Shown here: positions 51,564 through 61,712 of the stretch, one piece after another | Numbering within the stretch: the stretch's first letter is position 1 | Layout of the letters: every line of letters begins with the position of its first letter | NCBI GenBank assembly: GCA_963705305.1 | Contig: OY970067.1 | Coordinates: forward strand, 4,032,001 to 4,096,000 | Direction of reading: 5' to 3' | DNA length: 64,000 nt | Origin: an uncultured Methylomirabilota bacterium | GTDB taxonomy: Bacteria > Methylomirabilota > Methylomirabilia > Methylomirabilales > 2-02-FULL-66-22 | Program-made: the position numbers and the translations under genes | Notes under the pieces: generated by a model | The model's input: only the letters and a program-made list of their open reading frames with translations | Told to the model about the DNA's origin: nothing | The model's database searches: none

Positions 51564-52337
51564 ATGCGGGATCCGCACGTTGTCGCATTGAAATATAGGT
51601 TCGAATCGAACGACGCGCTCATCTTTGACAACGCTCCCCCCCTTGAGAGGGAGACAGATGAATTTCGTATGAAGCTGAAGGATGGTTTAACGAGATTCGA
51701 GATGAAGACGCACTACGCCGACGTACCGTCGGCCAGAGCGGTGTTAGAGCGGTACCTCCGAACTTGGGAGGTGGACGCTGGCCTGATCTTTGATTGTGAT
51801 GCCATCAAGTTCAGGTTCATCGAGCCAGAGATTGTCGATAGGAGCCCAGATCCAGACCAGCCGCCCGTTTCGGTAGTGACGGTCACAGTGACTGTCCCAG
51901 TGGAGACTACAGTCACACGTATTGTGAAGCCGCGTTACCCCGAGCCTCCGGCTGGCTTTGTCGCATCGCCGGATGTGGAGACGATGTGGACCCGGTTCCA
52001 AGGGTATCGGTACGGTCGAGAGCCGCTCTCTTCGATGGGCTACGTGTGCCTCACGGTTCTCGAAGCGAGTGCAGGTGGACGGAAACAGGCCGCCAGTCGG
52101 TACGGTATCGATGTTCAGGTGTTGAGGAAGTTGGGCTACTTGACCAGCGAGATAGGAGATCCAAAGAGCATGCGCAAAGCAACCAGTGGAAACACCGTGC
52201 GGGCGCATACTCCTGCGGAAGTCGCATGGGTCGACGCTGTGATTCGCAGACTCATTCGGCGTGTAGGTGAATGGGCATTTGACCCCAAGGGTGTACGGCC
52301 GACATTGACGATGGCCGATTTTCCACACCTCCCCTGA
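51564..52337 (+). CDS. Hypothetical protein
   Basis: 257-aa ORF between the AbiE-like pair and the NACHT gene, same strand. Confidence 0.65.
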   Translation: MRDPHVVALKYRFESNDALIFDNAPPLERETDEFRMKLKDGLTRFEMKTHYADVPSARAVLERYLRTWEVDAGLIFDCDAIKFRFIEPEIVDRSPDPDQPPVSVVTVTVTVPVETTVTRIVKPRYPEPPAGFVASPDVETMWTRFQGYRYGREPLSSMGYVCLTVLEASAGGRKQAASRYGIDVQVLRKLGYLTSEIGDPKSMRKATSGNTVRAHTPAEVAWVDAVIRRLIRRVGEWAFDPKGVRPTLTMADFPHLP

Positions 52338-52433
52338 CAGTACGTTTGCAGAAATCGGCCTAGCGCGCCAACGCCCGTCCGTGTCACGGAATGCCTCGGC
52401 AGCCTCGAATGGGGGTAAGAGAACAGCCTCAAC

Positions 52434-55400
52434 GTGGAAGAGTTAGCAGGGCTCCGCCGAACAGGAAAGCACGTGAGAGACGATTTCAGCAAGCGGACCA
52501 TCGAAATCATCGCCAGGCGGGCGGGATACCTCTGCTCGAATCCAGCCTGCAGGCGCTCGACGATCGGGGCTGCGCGGTGGCACGATGGAGTCGTGAATAT
52601 CGGAGTCGCCGCTCATATCACGGCCGCCTCACCAGGCGGACCACGGTATGACCCCTCCCTCTCGCGAGAAGAGCGGCGGCACCAATCGAACGGCATCTGG
52701 GCCTGTCAATCGCATGGCAAGCTGATCGATTCGGATCCCGAGGAATTTTCTGTTGCGATGCTGCGGGAGTGGAAACAGCGCGCAGAGGAGCAATCCTTCC
52801 GTGCCCTCCTCGAGCTTCAGCCAGTTCATGGCGACCACGTCGCGCCACTGGCCGCCGATACAGAGGAGAGCGTTCTGCTCGCGCGGCTGGGATTGGCGAT
52901 GGAAGGTGATCTTGAGTCGATCGCCCTCTGGGTGGTCGGTGCGGCACAGGCCGATCTTGCCGTCTTTCGGCAAACCGCCAGGTGGCCCCAGCATCCCATT
53001 TCATTGAACCTCAGAATGGCCGATGGCCACGATCCTGGCGTATTTGACGTCGCGGCATTGGCGGCCACGGTTGTAACCTTCAACGAACTGGTTGTGGTCG
53101 CACCTCCAGGGACCGGCAAAACGGTCACGCTGCTGCAGCTGGCCGGAGCCATCCTCTCTCGAACCAAGGCAGCGGCCGTCTTTGTCCCGCTCAGTGAATG
53201 GTCGTCGCAGGCGGACTCCTTTCTCCTATCCATCGTGCGGCGCCACGCATATGTTGGCTTCCGAAAAGAGCACTTGGAGTTGCTGGCCCATCAAGGTCGG
53301 CTGGTATTGGTGCTCGACGGGTGGAATGAACTGGACGCGGCATCCCGGACGCGAGCCCGCCATAGCCTGGAGGCGCTGCAACGGGATTTTCCCGCTCTGG
53401 GTGTCGTGATCAGCACGCGGCGGCAGGCGCTGGACGTCCCGATTGCCGGGCGAGTGGTGGAGATCGACGGACTGACCGAGGATCAGCAGTTGGAGCTTGC
53501 CAGGGCTCAACGGGGCGCGCGAGGCGAGGCCATTCTCGATCATGCCTGGCGAACACCCGGGGTCCGGGACCTGATAACGATTCCGTTGTATCTCGGGGCT
53601 CTACTCACATACGCCACGGACGAGGCCTTCCCGACGACAAGAGAAGCGATCCTGCGGCTGTTCGTGGGCGAACACGAACGAATGGCTGATAGAACCGAAG
53701 CGCTGCGGGCGATCCTCTTCGGGTTCCACAAGGAGATGCTCGCAGCGCTGGCCGTAGAGGCCACGCGTGCCGGGAACATAACGATCAGCGAGAGCCGGGC
53801 CCGGGCGGCGGTCAAGCGGGTTACGGACCGACTCATTGAGGATGGGCAGATCACAAGCGCACCCCAGCCAACCACGGTCTTGGATGCGCTCGTCGATCAT
53901 CATCTGCTCGTTCGCTCCAGCGCAGATATTGACGGGCTGTCTTTCCAGCATCAGCAGTTCCAGGGATGGTACGCGTCCTTCGAGGTCGAGGCGCTCATGG
54001 CCGCCATGGTAGCGGGCGACCCGGACGCTAAGCAAGAGCTCAAAACCGAGGTGCTCGACGTCCGGAATTGGGAGGAGTCGATCCTCTTCGCGTGCGAGCG
54101 GGTATCGAAGGCGGACGGGGCTGGCGCGAGGGCCGTGGCGGCTGCGGTTCTTGAGGCCGTGGCGATCGACCCGATGCTGGTCGCAGAGATGATCTACCGC
54201 TCGGCTCCCGGAGTCTGGAATGAGGTCCAGGAGAAGATCCTTGCCTTTGTCGGCCGATGGCACGCGGACGGCACGATAGACCGGGCCGTGCATTTCATGA
54301 TTAGCACGGGTCGGGGCGAGTTTGCCCCGCTCCTCTGGCCGCTGATCTCTCACCCGGATGATCAGGTCCGTTTTGCGGCTCTCCGCGCGGGGCGGCAGTT
54401 CCGTCCCTCGATCCTAGGGGCCGACGTTGAGTGCCGTATTACGGAGTTGCCTGAAGCGGTGCGCAGGCACGTGCTCTCGGAGATGGCCAGCGAGAGCGAC
54501 ATGGATGGGATTGAACTGGCGGCCAAGATGGCTCGGGCGGATGCCAGCCCAGAAGTGCAGGGTGGTGTGATCGAGGCGCTCCATTTTCGACGGGCCGACC
54601 GTTTCGTGGCCGACATCCTTCGCACGGCACCGGATCAGGTCTGGGAGCTTCTCGCGCGTAACGGGTCCGTCGAAGAGATCGCCGACCCGGCGATGGCGGC
54701 GCGTCTGCGGGTTGAGCGGCAACGCTTTCTCGAGAGTGTCAGCGATCCCCTGGAAAAACTCGGCCTGCTTCTTCGTCTCGAGCGAAGTGGCGCAGTCGGG
54801 CCCGAAGTGGGCGCGCTGGTTGAGGCAGTAGAGTTCCCTGCGACGGATCCGGGAAAGGGATGGCTCCTCCGCGAGGCGCACCGGCGTTTTCCCGACGAGG
54901 TGGCCCAGGCGTTGGTGCGTCGGGTCGAGGCCGGCCGGGGAATCCCCTATCAGGCCGATGACCTGCTGCGGGATGCCGACCTCGCCATTGATGAGGGCCC
55001 ACTGCTGGAGCTGGTTTCACGACCGGACGCTCTTGAGAGGGTGCCCGAGGCGGCGGCCAGCGTTGTTGGGCCGCGGATCGTGGGCAGGATCATCGACCAG
55101 CTGGCCGCGATGGATCGGCAATTGAGAGGCTCTCGGGAACCTCTAGATAAGGCGGCAGTCGAACAGTTTTACCTACTGAAGACCTTCCTTTCGAAGACGG
55201 GGCTCAGGGCGTTCGCTCAAGCCCTGTTGAGCCGATCGGCAACTGAGGACCCGCCCGAAATTGCGCTCCTCGCGGAGCTGGTGGCCCACCACGGTGGCGC
55301 GGTTCACGAAGGGGCCCTCCGATTCGATGAGCCGCTGTACGAGCCAATGGTCGCTCTCGTCGGGCGCTGGGCCGAGACCCTCTTGGCTTCTCCCGCCGCG

Positions 55401-56903
55401 AGTCGTACCCACCTCGCCGAGGCTGCCTGTGCAATCGAACGATTGGCCGCGCCGCCGCTGCTCCCCGCCCTGAGACGCCTCCTGGCGGAGGACCTGACTC
55501 GCTGGCGGCGCGCCCGACAGGAGTTCTTTGCCGCACGCGCTCGAGGGCTGGCAGCCTCGGTCCCGGCGGATGTGAGTTCCTCCTGGACGCTACAGTATAG
55601 AAGGGCCTTTGCCGCCATCGGCAGCTCCGAGGTCGTGGAGCTGATGACGGAGTACTTGCGGGACGCGGAATTCGGCGTCGATGCCGCCTATGTGCTGCAG
55701 GCAATCTGGGATCGAAAGCACCGCCTGCCGGAGCGGAAACCGTTTGACCTTTGGGCGGAATTTTCCGAGGTGAGGGCGCGACGCGCGGAGCGGCAGGAAA
55801 GGGGAGATAGCGAATCCTCTCCATTCGCCGATGCGATCCTGGCGGTGGTCGATGAGCTTGCCACGCCGGATGCGGGCGGGGAAGCTCAGCGGCATGCCTT
55901 GCAGCTGGCGAGGGTGGCTTTCACCATGCCGTATGGCAACAAGGCGGAGAGCATCGAGATGCTCCTGAGGTTGCCGCGGCCACTTCAAGAAAAGCGACCG
56001 CTGCTCGCCATTCTGGTGCTCGCCGGAGAAATAATTCGATCGGAGGTGGTTCTAGAAGGTCTCAAGGCACTGCTGGAAAGGGCAAAGACGGAGCGGTGGC
56101 TCCTGGACCAGAACCAAGGGGCGTTGGAGGGATGGCTCGAACTGATGCCCTTCTCCGATCGGCCCGGCGCCACGCTCGAAGCCCTGGAAATGGTCGATCC
56201 CAACCTTCGGCCCCCATGGCTGCTGCGTCGTTTGTTCTTGGCATTGGGCTACGCCCCATCACAAGAAGCCGAGAATGTGTTAGCTCGACTAGCCCGCGAG
56301 GATGCTAGGCTCTTGGGCGAACACGGCTGGCTGGCCGCCTTGGAGAAGCGCGGTACCGAATCAGCGGCCCGGATTCTTCTCGATCTGATCTGCGAGTACC
56401 CCTTAGCCGGAACTCCCAAGGGAATAGATGGCTGGATCCTCTCGGGCCGGTTGGCAGAAGCGATGCGAGTGTATCCTGACCTGCGGGCGGATCTATACAG
56501 GCGGTATGAACTCCTGCCCGCCAGTCCGGCCAAGGCCGTCCTCGAAGGCGCCATTGCCGAGGTCGCGGACTCGAACGGAGTATTGGTCCTTGTCCGTGCC
56601 CATGCCCGGCAGGGCGGGTCATTCTCCGGCGTCCTTCATTCTGCGATCCGACATGCTGTTGTTGGCCAACGCCCATCCATTTATTGGAAGGGGGCAGATG
56701 AGACTTTCAGGGTGCCGGTTCCCGAGCTGCGGAAGGAGCTTTTCGCTATGACACGGCAGCAGGGTGCCGAAGCACGGTTAGCAATAGCATGCCTCAACGC
56801 GATCGACGAAATCCGCGAAGACTACGGTCCGCCTGAATCCGAGCCGCGCCATCCGGACATTGAGAGTGGCCGTCCCTGGCCCCTTGCGGCAGAAACACCC
56901 TGA
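52434..56903 (+). CDS. HNH-like nuclease + NACHT/STAND NTPase + helical repeats (NLR-like defence protein)
   Basis: CSNPAC..AAHI.AAS..GPRY..NGIWAC..H..LID; APPGTGKT; LVLDGWNE; ISTR; PLYL; FQHQQFQ; long helical C-terminus. Confidence 0.85.
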   Translation: MEELAGLRRTGKHVRDDFSKRTIEIIARRAGYLCSNPACRRSTIGAARWHDGVVNIGVAAHITAASPGGPRYDPSLSREERRHQSNGIWACQSHGKLIDSDPEEFSVAMLREWKQRAEEQSFRALLELQPVHGDHVAPLAADTEESVLLARLGLAMEGDLESIALWVVGAAQADLAVFRQTARWPQHPISLNLRMADGHDPGVFDVAALAATVVTFNELVVVAPPGTGKTVTLLQLAGAILSRTKAAAVFVPLSEWSSQADSFLLSIVRRHAYVGFRKEHLELLAHQGRLVLVLDGWNELDAASRTRARHSLEALQRDFPALGVVISTRRQALDVPIAGRVVEIDGLTEDQQLELARAQRGARGEAILDHAWRTPGVRDLITIPLYLGALLTYATDEAFPTTREAILRLFVGEHERMADRTEALRAILFGFHKEMLAALAVEATRAGNITISESRARAAVKRVTDRLIEDGQITSAPQPTTVLDALVDHHLLVRSSADIDGLSFQHQQFQGWYASFEVEALMAAMVAGDPDAKQELKTEVLDVRNWEESILFACERVSKADGAGARAVAAAVLEAVAIDPMLVAEMIYRSAPGVWNEVQEKILAFVGRWHADGTIDRAVHFMISTGRGEFAPLLWPLISHPDDQVRFAALRAGRQFRPSILGADVECRITELPEAVRRHVLSEMASESDMDGIELAAKMARADASPEVQGGVIEALHFRRADRFVADILRTAPDQVWELLARNGSVEEIADPAMAARLRVERQRFLESVSDPLEKLGLLLRLERSGAVGPEVGALVEAVEFPATDPGKGWLLREAHRRFPDEVAQALVRRVEAGRGIPYQADDLLRDADLAIDEGPLLELVSRPDALERVPEAAASVVGPRIVGRIIDQLAAMDRQLRGSREPLDKAAVEQFYLLKTFLSKTGLRAFAQALLSRSATEDPPEIALLAELVAHHGGAVHEGALRFDEPLYEPMVALVGRWAETLLASPAASRTHLAEAACAIERLAAPPLLPALRRLLAEDLTRWRRARQEFFAARARGLAASVPADVSSSWTLQYRRAFAAIGSSEVVELMTEYLRDAEFGVDAAYVLQAIWDRKHRLPERKPFDLWAEFSEVRARRAERQERGDSESSPFADAILAVVDELATPDAGGEAQRHALQLARVAFTMPYGNKAESIEMLLRLPRPLQEKRPLLAILVLAGEIIRSEVVLEGLKALLERAKTERWLLDQNQGALEGWLELMPFSDRPGATLEALEMVDPNLRPPWLLRRLFLALGYAPSQEAENVLARLAREDARLLGEHGWLAALEKRGTESAARILLDLICEYPLAGTPKGIDGWILSGRLAEAMRVYPDLRADLYRRYELLPASPAKAVLEGAIAEVADSNGVLVLVRAHARQGGSFSGVLHSAIRHAVVGQRPSIYWKGADETFRVPVPELRKELFAMTRQQGAEARLAIACLNAIDEIREDYGPPESEPRHPDIESGRPWPLAAETP

Positions 56904-57083
56904 GACGGTCAATGTGTGAACCGCGCCTGTTTTCTGACCAAAGACCTATTCTCCGCAAGCATTACATATTCCGCAGGATACGGGTTGATAAGCCATGGGT
57001 CCGGGAATTCATGGCCCTGATTTGGCCGCAGAAGAGCGGCCGCTTCGGGCTCAAGCCGTGAAATTACCGCTAGATGAGGACCG

Positions 57084-57107
57084 AAAAACGTGCCCAAAAA
57101 CGTGCCC
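57084..57107 (+). repeat. Tandem AAAAACGTGCCC x2, candidate integrase arm-type sites
   Basis: Perfect 12-bp tandem repeat about 110 bp before a tRNA-Val fragment. Confidence 0.55.
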
Positions 57108-57214
57108 GCGACCAGCTATAAACCGCCCAAAACCACCCCCCGCGGGCCAAGGTGGGTAGTGGAAACCCCTTGATAAATATAGGATTTTGCTGTTACCCTT
57201 TACGGGTTGTTGGA

Positions 57215-57234
57215 CTTACAAGCAGGGGGTCGGT
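57215..57234 (+). repeat. 20-bp tRNA-Val(TAC) fragment (att core), direct repeat of 10568-10587
   Basis: CTTACAAGCAGGGGGTCGGT identical at both sites. Confidence 0.8.
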
Positions 57235-57719
57235 CACACTTGAATGAGCAGATCACCATTGGTCGGCGTACCCCTCCAAGCGCGGAATTCTACAATTTAT
57301 TTTTGTTGGCTTCGCGATCGCCGGTTGCCGGAAGCAGGCTACGCGCGGTGTGCGCTTCGATCAGGTATGCGCAAGTACGAAAGCGAGTGCTGAGAGGTAG
57401 CGTTTTCGTCAATACCGACAGACACTTCCCTGCGATCGTCCGCGAAACATGGGTGCCGATCCTCCGCTCCTAACCCTCACGCTCCCTCCAATTTTTCCTC
57501 CTCCTGATTGATTGGAGCCCCGGCAAGGCTCGAATGGGGCTTTGACTCCCGCCGGGCCCCGGGCCGCTCCTCACGCCAAATTACGCATCCAGGTTTGAGG
57601 AACATCGGTCCAAGAATCATCGCGGGCAGGGAGGGATCTTCGCCCATCCTCCGGCCCTCTATACGCGGAGGAAATTCGTCATCACCCGGAAGCACCGGCA
57701 CTGAATCCCTCCTCTTGGC

Positions 57720-57960
57720 GTGGTTATAGATGTTCGTGGTGTCCAGGCGGATGTGGTCGAGCAGGGCGCGCACCTCCTCCACGTTGTTGCGCTGCTCGAG
57801 GACCTCCATGGCCCCGCCGTGCCGCAGGGCGTGGGGCTTCAGAGTCGGCGCGCCGATCCGGCGCCCGTAGACCTTGCACAGCCGCCAGCTGTTCTTCCCG
57901 GTCATGGGCCGCCGGATCTTCCCGAGGGACTTCCGTCTCGTCCAGCTGCTCGATCGGTAC
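57720..57960 (-). pseudogene. Tyrosine recombinase C-terminal remnant
   Basis: PHALRH...VRALLDH.RLDTT.IY. Confidence 0.75.
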
Positions 57961-58260
57961 GACAGCGAGATGGCGATGCGTAGACATGTGGGGCTTCTCG
58001 CTTTCCCGAGGAGGCCGCCTGGCGGACGACCTCGGTCCAGCGTTTCTCCGTTAGCCACAATGGGAAACCGGGGATCTCATTGTTCGTCGGCCACGAGCGC
58101 CTATGCGGGCCGTCCTCCTCAGCTGTCCCGCGCTTCGGACGCTGGCTTTTATCGGCAGTCCGGTGACGTGCCGCCACTCCTTTTTGGAATTTCTTTGCGA
58201 ATGTCTTCGTATGGAAGCGCTATACGACAACTATTTGGCCTTTCTGAAACTCGGCGATTC

Positions 58261-58294
58261 TGTGACCGTAGATGCCACAGGCCCCTCGTAGAAT
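58261..58294 (+). promoter_or_regulatory. WYL-box promoter 4 (duplicate of promoter 3)
   Basis: TGTGAC-cgtagat-GCCACA-N9-TAGAAT. Confidence 0.72.
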
Positions 58295-58340
58295 CCGGCT
58301 GCACAGAGCCGACCGGCGATGCGGAGGAGGAGAGGGGCCC

Positions 58341-58520
58341 ATGCAGATGTACGAACTGTGGAAGTGGACATCGCCCTGCGACAGGCCGGCCCGGCTGGAG
58401 CACGAGGGGATGCCGGTCCTGTTCGCCGAGCGAGCCGAGGCCGAGGCCTTCGTGCAGCCCGATGCCGAGGAGTGGGGGGACCAGTACTTGGTCATCCCCG
58501 TCAGGGTCGGCCTGGCCTAG
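58341..58520 (+). CDS. 59-aa hypothetical protein (copy 2)
   Basis: Identical to 43920-44099. Confidence 0.6.
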   Translation: MQMYELWKWTSPCDRPARLEHEGMPVLFAERAEAEAFVQPDAEEWGDQYLVIPVRVGLA

Positions 58521-58670
58521 CAGGCTGCTGAAAAAGGCCCATCTGCGTCGTTAGCGCGCTCGCGCGGCACTGCGACGTACGAGCGAAGTACGCCTCGCAC
58601 CGCGCCGGGTACCCATCCGGAAGGATGGGTGACGCAGCCTTGCATCCGGACCTTTTTGAGCCGCCTGCTA
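58518..58670. mobile_element. MITE-like palindromic element (copy 2)
   Basis: TA-GCAGGCTGCTGAAAAAGG ... CCTTTTTGAGCCGCCTGC-TA. Confidence 0.7.
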
Positions 58671-58757
58671 AAGGGCCGTGGACTTCTTGAGGCCAATGGC
58701 TACCGACTGACGGCCGGCCCCCCAAAGGCCGGGTTCCAACTTTCAAGGAGGTTGTCC

Positions 58758-59735
58758 ATGGTCACTGCGAAAGCCACTCCCGCCGAGGCCGAGCAGGAGA
58801 TCCGCGAGCTGGGCGCGCAGCTCCGGGCCTACCGCCAGCGTCCCTGCCTCCTGTTCGTCAGCCGGCGGCTGGTCCATGCCGATGTCCGGGCGATCCGCGC
58901 CGCCCTGGAGGAGGAGACCGGCCCGCACCTGGACGTGCTCGTGGCCAGTCCCGGCGGGGACATCGAGGCCGCCTACCTGGTGGCCCGGGAGCTCCGGCGC
59001 CGGTTCGAGGCGCTCACCATCTTCGTCCCCTTCCGGGCCAAGAGCGCGGCGACCCTCCTCTGTTTGGCCGCCGACGAGCTCGTCCTGGGGAGCCTGGGCG
59101 AGCTGGGCCCCCTGGACCAGCAGGGGGACGAGAAGCAGGAGGCGGACGGCCCCCTCACCACCTCGCGCCTGGTCCCCTTCAAGGCCCTCCAGCAGCTCCA
59201 GCACGGGGCCGTCGGGCTGTACGACGACCTCGTCGCCCGGATCTCCAGCAAGAGCGGGATGCGGCTCTGCGACGCCTGCAGCAAGGCCGCGGAACTGACG
59301 GCCGGCCTCTACGGCCCGCTCTACGCCCGGCTCGACCCCGCCCACCTCGCCGAGAGCGCCCGGGGAATGGAGACCGGGGGCGAGTACGCCGAGCGCCTCC
59401 TCAAGCGGTACCGCCCGGCCCTCTGGGCCGATGCGGGCCCGAAGCTCCTGGACCGCCTGGTCCACGGCTATCCCACCCACGGCTTCGTCATCGACTGGGA
59501 AGAGGCAGAGGCCCTCGGCCTCCCCACGCGGCTCCCCGATGCCGAGGAGGCGGCCCTCCTGGACCGGTTCGCCTTCGCCCTGATCGCCTACGGCACCGAG
59601 CAGGATCTCATCACGATGGCCGGCCTCCCGCAGGCGACGATCGACGCCGCGCAGGGGGTCCTGGACACCATGACGAGCGAGGGGGAGGGCGGTTCTGATA
59701 TGCCGGCGTGCGTACCGCCAGGAGCAGACGGGTGA
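58758..59735 (+). CDS. SDH family Clp-fold serine protease (copy 2, different C-terminal tail)
   Basis: Same motifs as copy 1; diverges after AAQGVL. Confidence 0.85.
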   Translation: MVTAKATPAEAEQEIRELGAQLRAYRQRPCLLFVSRRLVHADVRAIRAALEEETGPHLDVLVASPGGDIEAAYLVARELRRRFEALTIFVPFRAKSAATLLCLAADELVLGSLGELGPLDQQGDEKQEADGPLTTSRLVPFKALQQLQHGAVGLYDDLVARISSKSGMRLCDACSKAAELTAGLYGPLYARLDPAHLAESARGMETGGEYAERLLKRYRPALWADAGPKLLDRLVHGYPTHGFVIDWEEAEALGLPTRLPDAEEAALLDRFAFALIAYGTEQDLITMAGLPQATIDAAQGVLDTMTSEGEGGSDMPACVPPGADG

Positions 59736-59798
59736 TCTCGAAAGCAGGGCCTCTCGCTGGGCAGGCTGTAGCGGTGCATCCGGCGTGTCGAGAGAAGG

Positions 59799-60206
59799 CT
59801 ACAAGGCGGCCAGGAACTCCGCGACGGTCTGCACGATGACGGAGTGGGTCGTATCCGGGCGGTTCATGAAGGGGCCAAAGTGCTGCAAGTCGCCGGTGAG
59901 GAAATGGGTGGCTCGGCAAGCCATGGCGGCCTGAAAGATGACGGCATCCTTGGCGGCAAGCTGATCGGGGAACGGGGCGGAGCGGTCCGCAGTGGTCAGA
60001 GTGATCCGGCGGAGCAGGGTCGCCAGGCGAGGCAGAGAGTCGGGATGCTTGGCGGCGAGATTTCGCTCGGCCTCCTCGCGGGCAGCGTCGCTGGTGAAGA
60101 GGGAGAAACGTCCCGCCGTGCCCAGCTCGATGACGAATGCCGCCTTGCCGCGGGGATTGTGGGCGGCGGTGAAAAGCACGTTGGCGTCGAGAAAGACGCG
60201 CATCAT
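59799..60206 (-). CDS. PIN domain toxin (VapC-like)
   Basis: RVFLDANVLF, KDAVI, FLTGD..HF. Confidence 0.88.
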   Translation of the reverse strand: MMRVFLDANVLFTAAHNPRGKAAFVIELGTAGRFSLFTSDAAREEAERNLAAKHPDSLPRLATLLRRITLTTADRSAPFPDQLAAKDAVIFQAAMACRATHFLTGDLQHFGPFMNRPDTTHSVIVQTVAEFLAAL

Positions 60207-60454
60207 TTCCGCGCCGCCAGGCGCTTTCGCACGCGCTGTCGCTCGGCGTCGTCAAGACGATCCGCCGCATCCCACGCCGACACCTGGGCCTCGGTGTACA
60301 TCTCGACTTCCGTCACCAGGGCCGGTTTGAGGACCAGCTCGGCGCCCCGCTCCTCCAGGATGACGGCGCCGCCATCCTTGATGCCGAAGCGTTTGCGCAG
60401 GCGGGCGGGCAGGGTCAGCTGCCCGCGGCTCGAAACGATGAGAGTCTGCTTCAC
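60203..60454 (-). CDS. AbrB/MazE family antitoxin
   Basis: VSSRGQLTLPARLRKRFGI; upstream inverted repeat TCTGTAAT..ATTACAGA (60474-60502). Confidence 0.88.
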   Translation of the reverse strand: MKQTLIVSSRGQLTLPARLRKRFGIKDGGAVILEERGAELVLKPALVTEVEMYTEAQVSAWDAADRLDDAERQRVRKRLAARK

Positions 60455-60622
60455 GGCGGATACCTCCGTACAATCTGTAATCCAGATTAAACGAATTACA
60501 GACATACGTCAATACTGATTGTCCAAAATAGTGGTCTCGGCCCGCGAAGCCGGACACGTCATCGTGGTCCCCGGCTGGCGCCGAATTGTGAATGGGGGCG
60601 GTGCCGACGTCGCGGGCGGGCG

Positions 60623-61612
60623 TTACCGATACTGCGTCGCAGCGGCCTGCAGGATGGTGGCGACGTCCTTGCGCAACGTCGCCGGTCGGACGACCTCGGC
60701 GGCAGCGCCCCAGCCGAGGATCCAGCGGGTGATCTCGAAGGCGCCGCCGGCCTGGAAGGTCAGTTGCAGCCGCCCGTCGCGCAGGGTCTGCAGCCTCTGG
60801 GTCGGACGCCACTCGCGCTCGCGAACGTAGGGGGCCTGATCGGCGCGGAAGCGGACGACCACGGTCCTAGGCTTCTCCCAGACCACGCCGAAGGCCTCCG
60901 CCTTGTACCTCGTGAGGTCGAAACCCGGATCGATCGTGAAGGGCTCGGCGGTGATCGTCACGGCATGGAGCCGGTCAATGGCGAGGCTGACGAGGGAATC
61001 GTGGACGGGGACCTTGCCGATGCAGTAGAGCAGCCCCTGGATGGCCAGCAGGCGGTACGGATCGAACCGAAAGCCGTTGGGCTTACTCCGCGAGGGCGCC
61101 TGGTAGCGCACGAAGCAGCGGCGGGTGGCCACGATCGCCTCCACCAGCTGAAGGATGATCTCCTGAAAGCCGGAATAGTCCTTCACACCCCGGGACCAGC
61201 CGTCGAAGACGCCCGTGAGCGACTGGGCGAGGCGGGCATTCGGGGTGGCCGCCATGCCGTGGAGCTTCCGCAGGGCGCTCTCCAGTCCGGCGTGAAACGG
61301 CTGTCGCCCGCCCGCCTGCTTGGCGGCCCAGTTCAGGGCGGTCAGCTCTTGCTGGGTGAGCGGCACCGCCGGGATCGTCGTCCGGAACTCGGCGGGCAGG
61401 GTGGGCCGGCTCAGTCGCCCTTCCGTGTCCCCGGCAATGGGGTAGCCGACCGCCTGCAGGGCGCGCAGGTCGCGGTAGATCGTCTCGCGGCGGGTGTGGA
61501 ACCGGGCGGCGAGGTCGTGGACGGACGGGTGGCCGTTCTCCCGCAGCAGCTTGAGGAGCGTGAGCAGCCGGACCACCTGGCGCTCACGACGCGGGGCCGG
61601 GGCGGTCGCCAT
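60623..61612 (-). CDS. HTH-WYL-WCX transcriptional regulator (WYL-2, paralog of WYL-1)
   Basis: Near-identical N-terminal HTH to 37757-38752; diverged WYL domain. Confidence 0.92.
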   Translation of the reverse strand: MATAPAPRRERQVVRLLTLLKLLRENGHPSVHDLAARFHTRRETIYRDLRALQAVGYPIAGDTEGRLSRPTLPAEFRTTIPAVPLTQQELTALNWAAKQAGGRQPFHAGLESALRKLHGMAATPNARLAQSLTGVFDGWSRGVKDYSGFQEIILQLVEAIVATRRCFVRYQAPSRSKPNGFRFDPYRLLAIQGLLYCIGKVPVHDSLVSLAIDRLHAVTITAEPFTIDPGFDLTRYKAEAFGVVWEKPRTVVVRFRADQAPYVREREWRPTQRLQTLRDGRLQLTFQAGGAFEITRWILGWGAAAEVVRPATLRKDVATILQAAATQYR

Positions 61613-61712
61613 GCCGGCGACTATACGCCGGAGGCACTCCGGGGTGCAACGAGGATTCTGGCTAGGATGGCATGGTTCGCTGGAGTATACTTCTGGCAAG
61701 GAGGTGGGCGCC

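Larger units (their letters stand above)
58256..59664 (+). repeat. 1409-bp inverted repeat, copy 2
   Basis: Reverse complement of 42776-44184. Confidence 0.93.

Noticed and set aside
51564..52337. HEPN/ApeA-type toxin call
   Set aside because: No clear RxxxxH motif; left as hypothetical.
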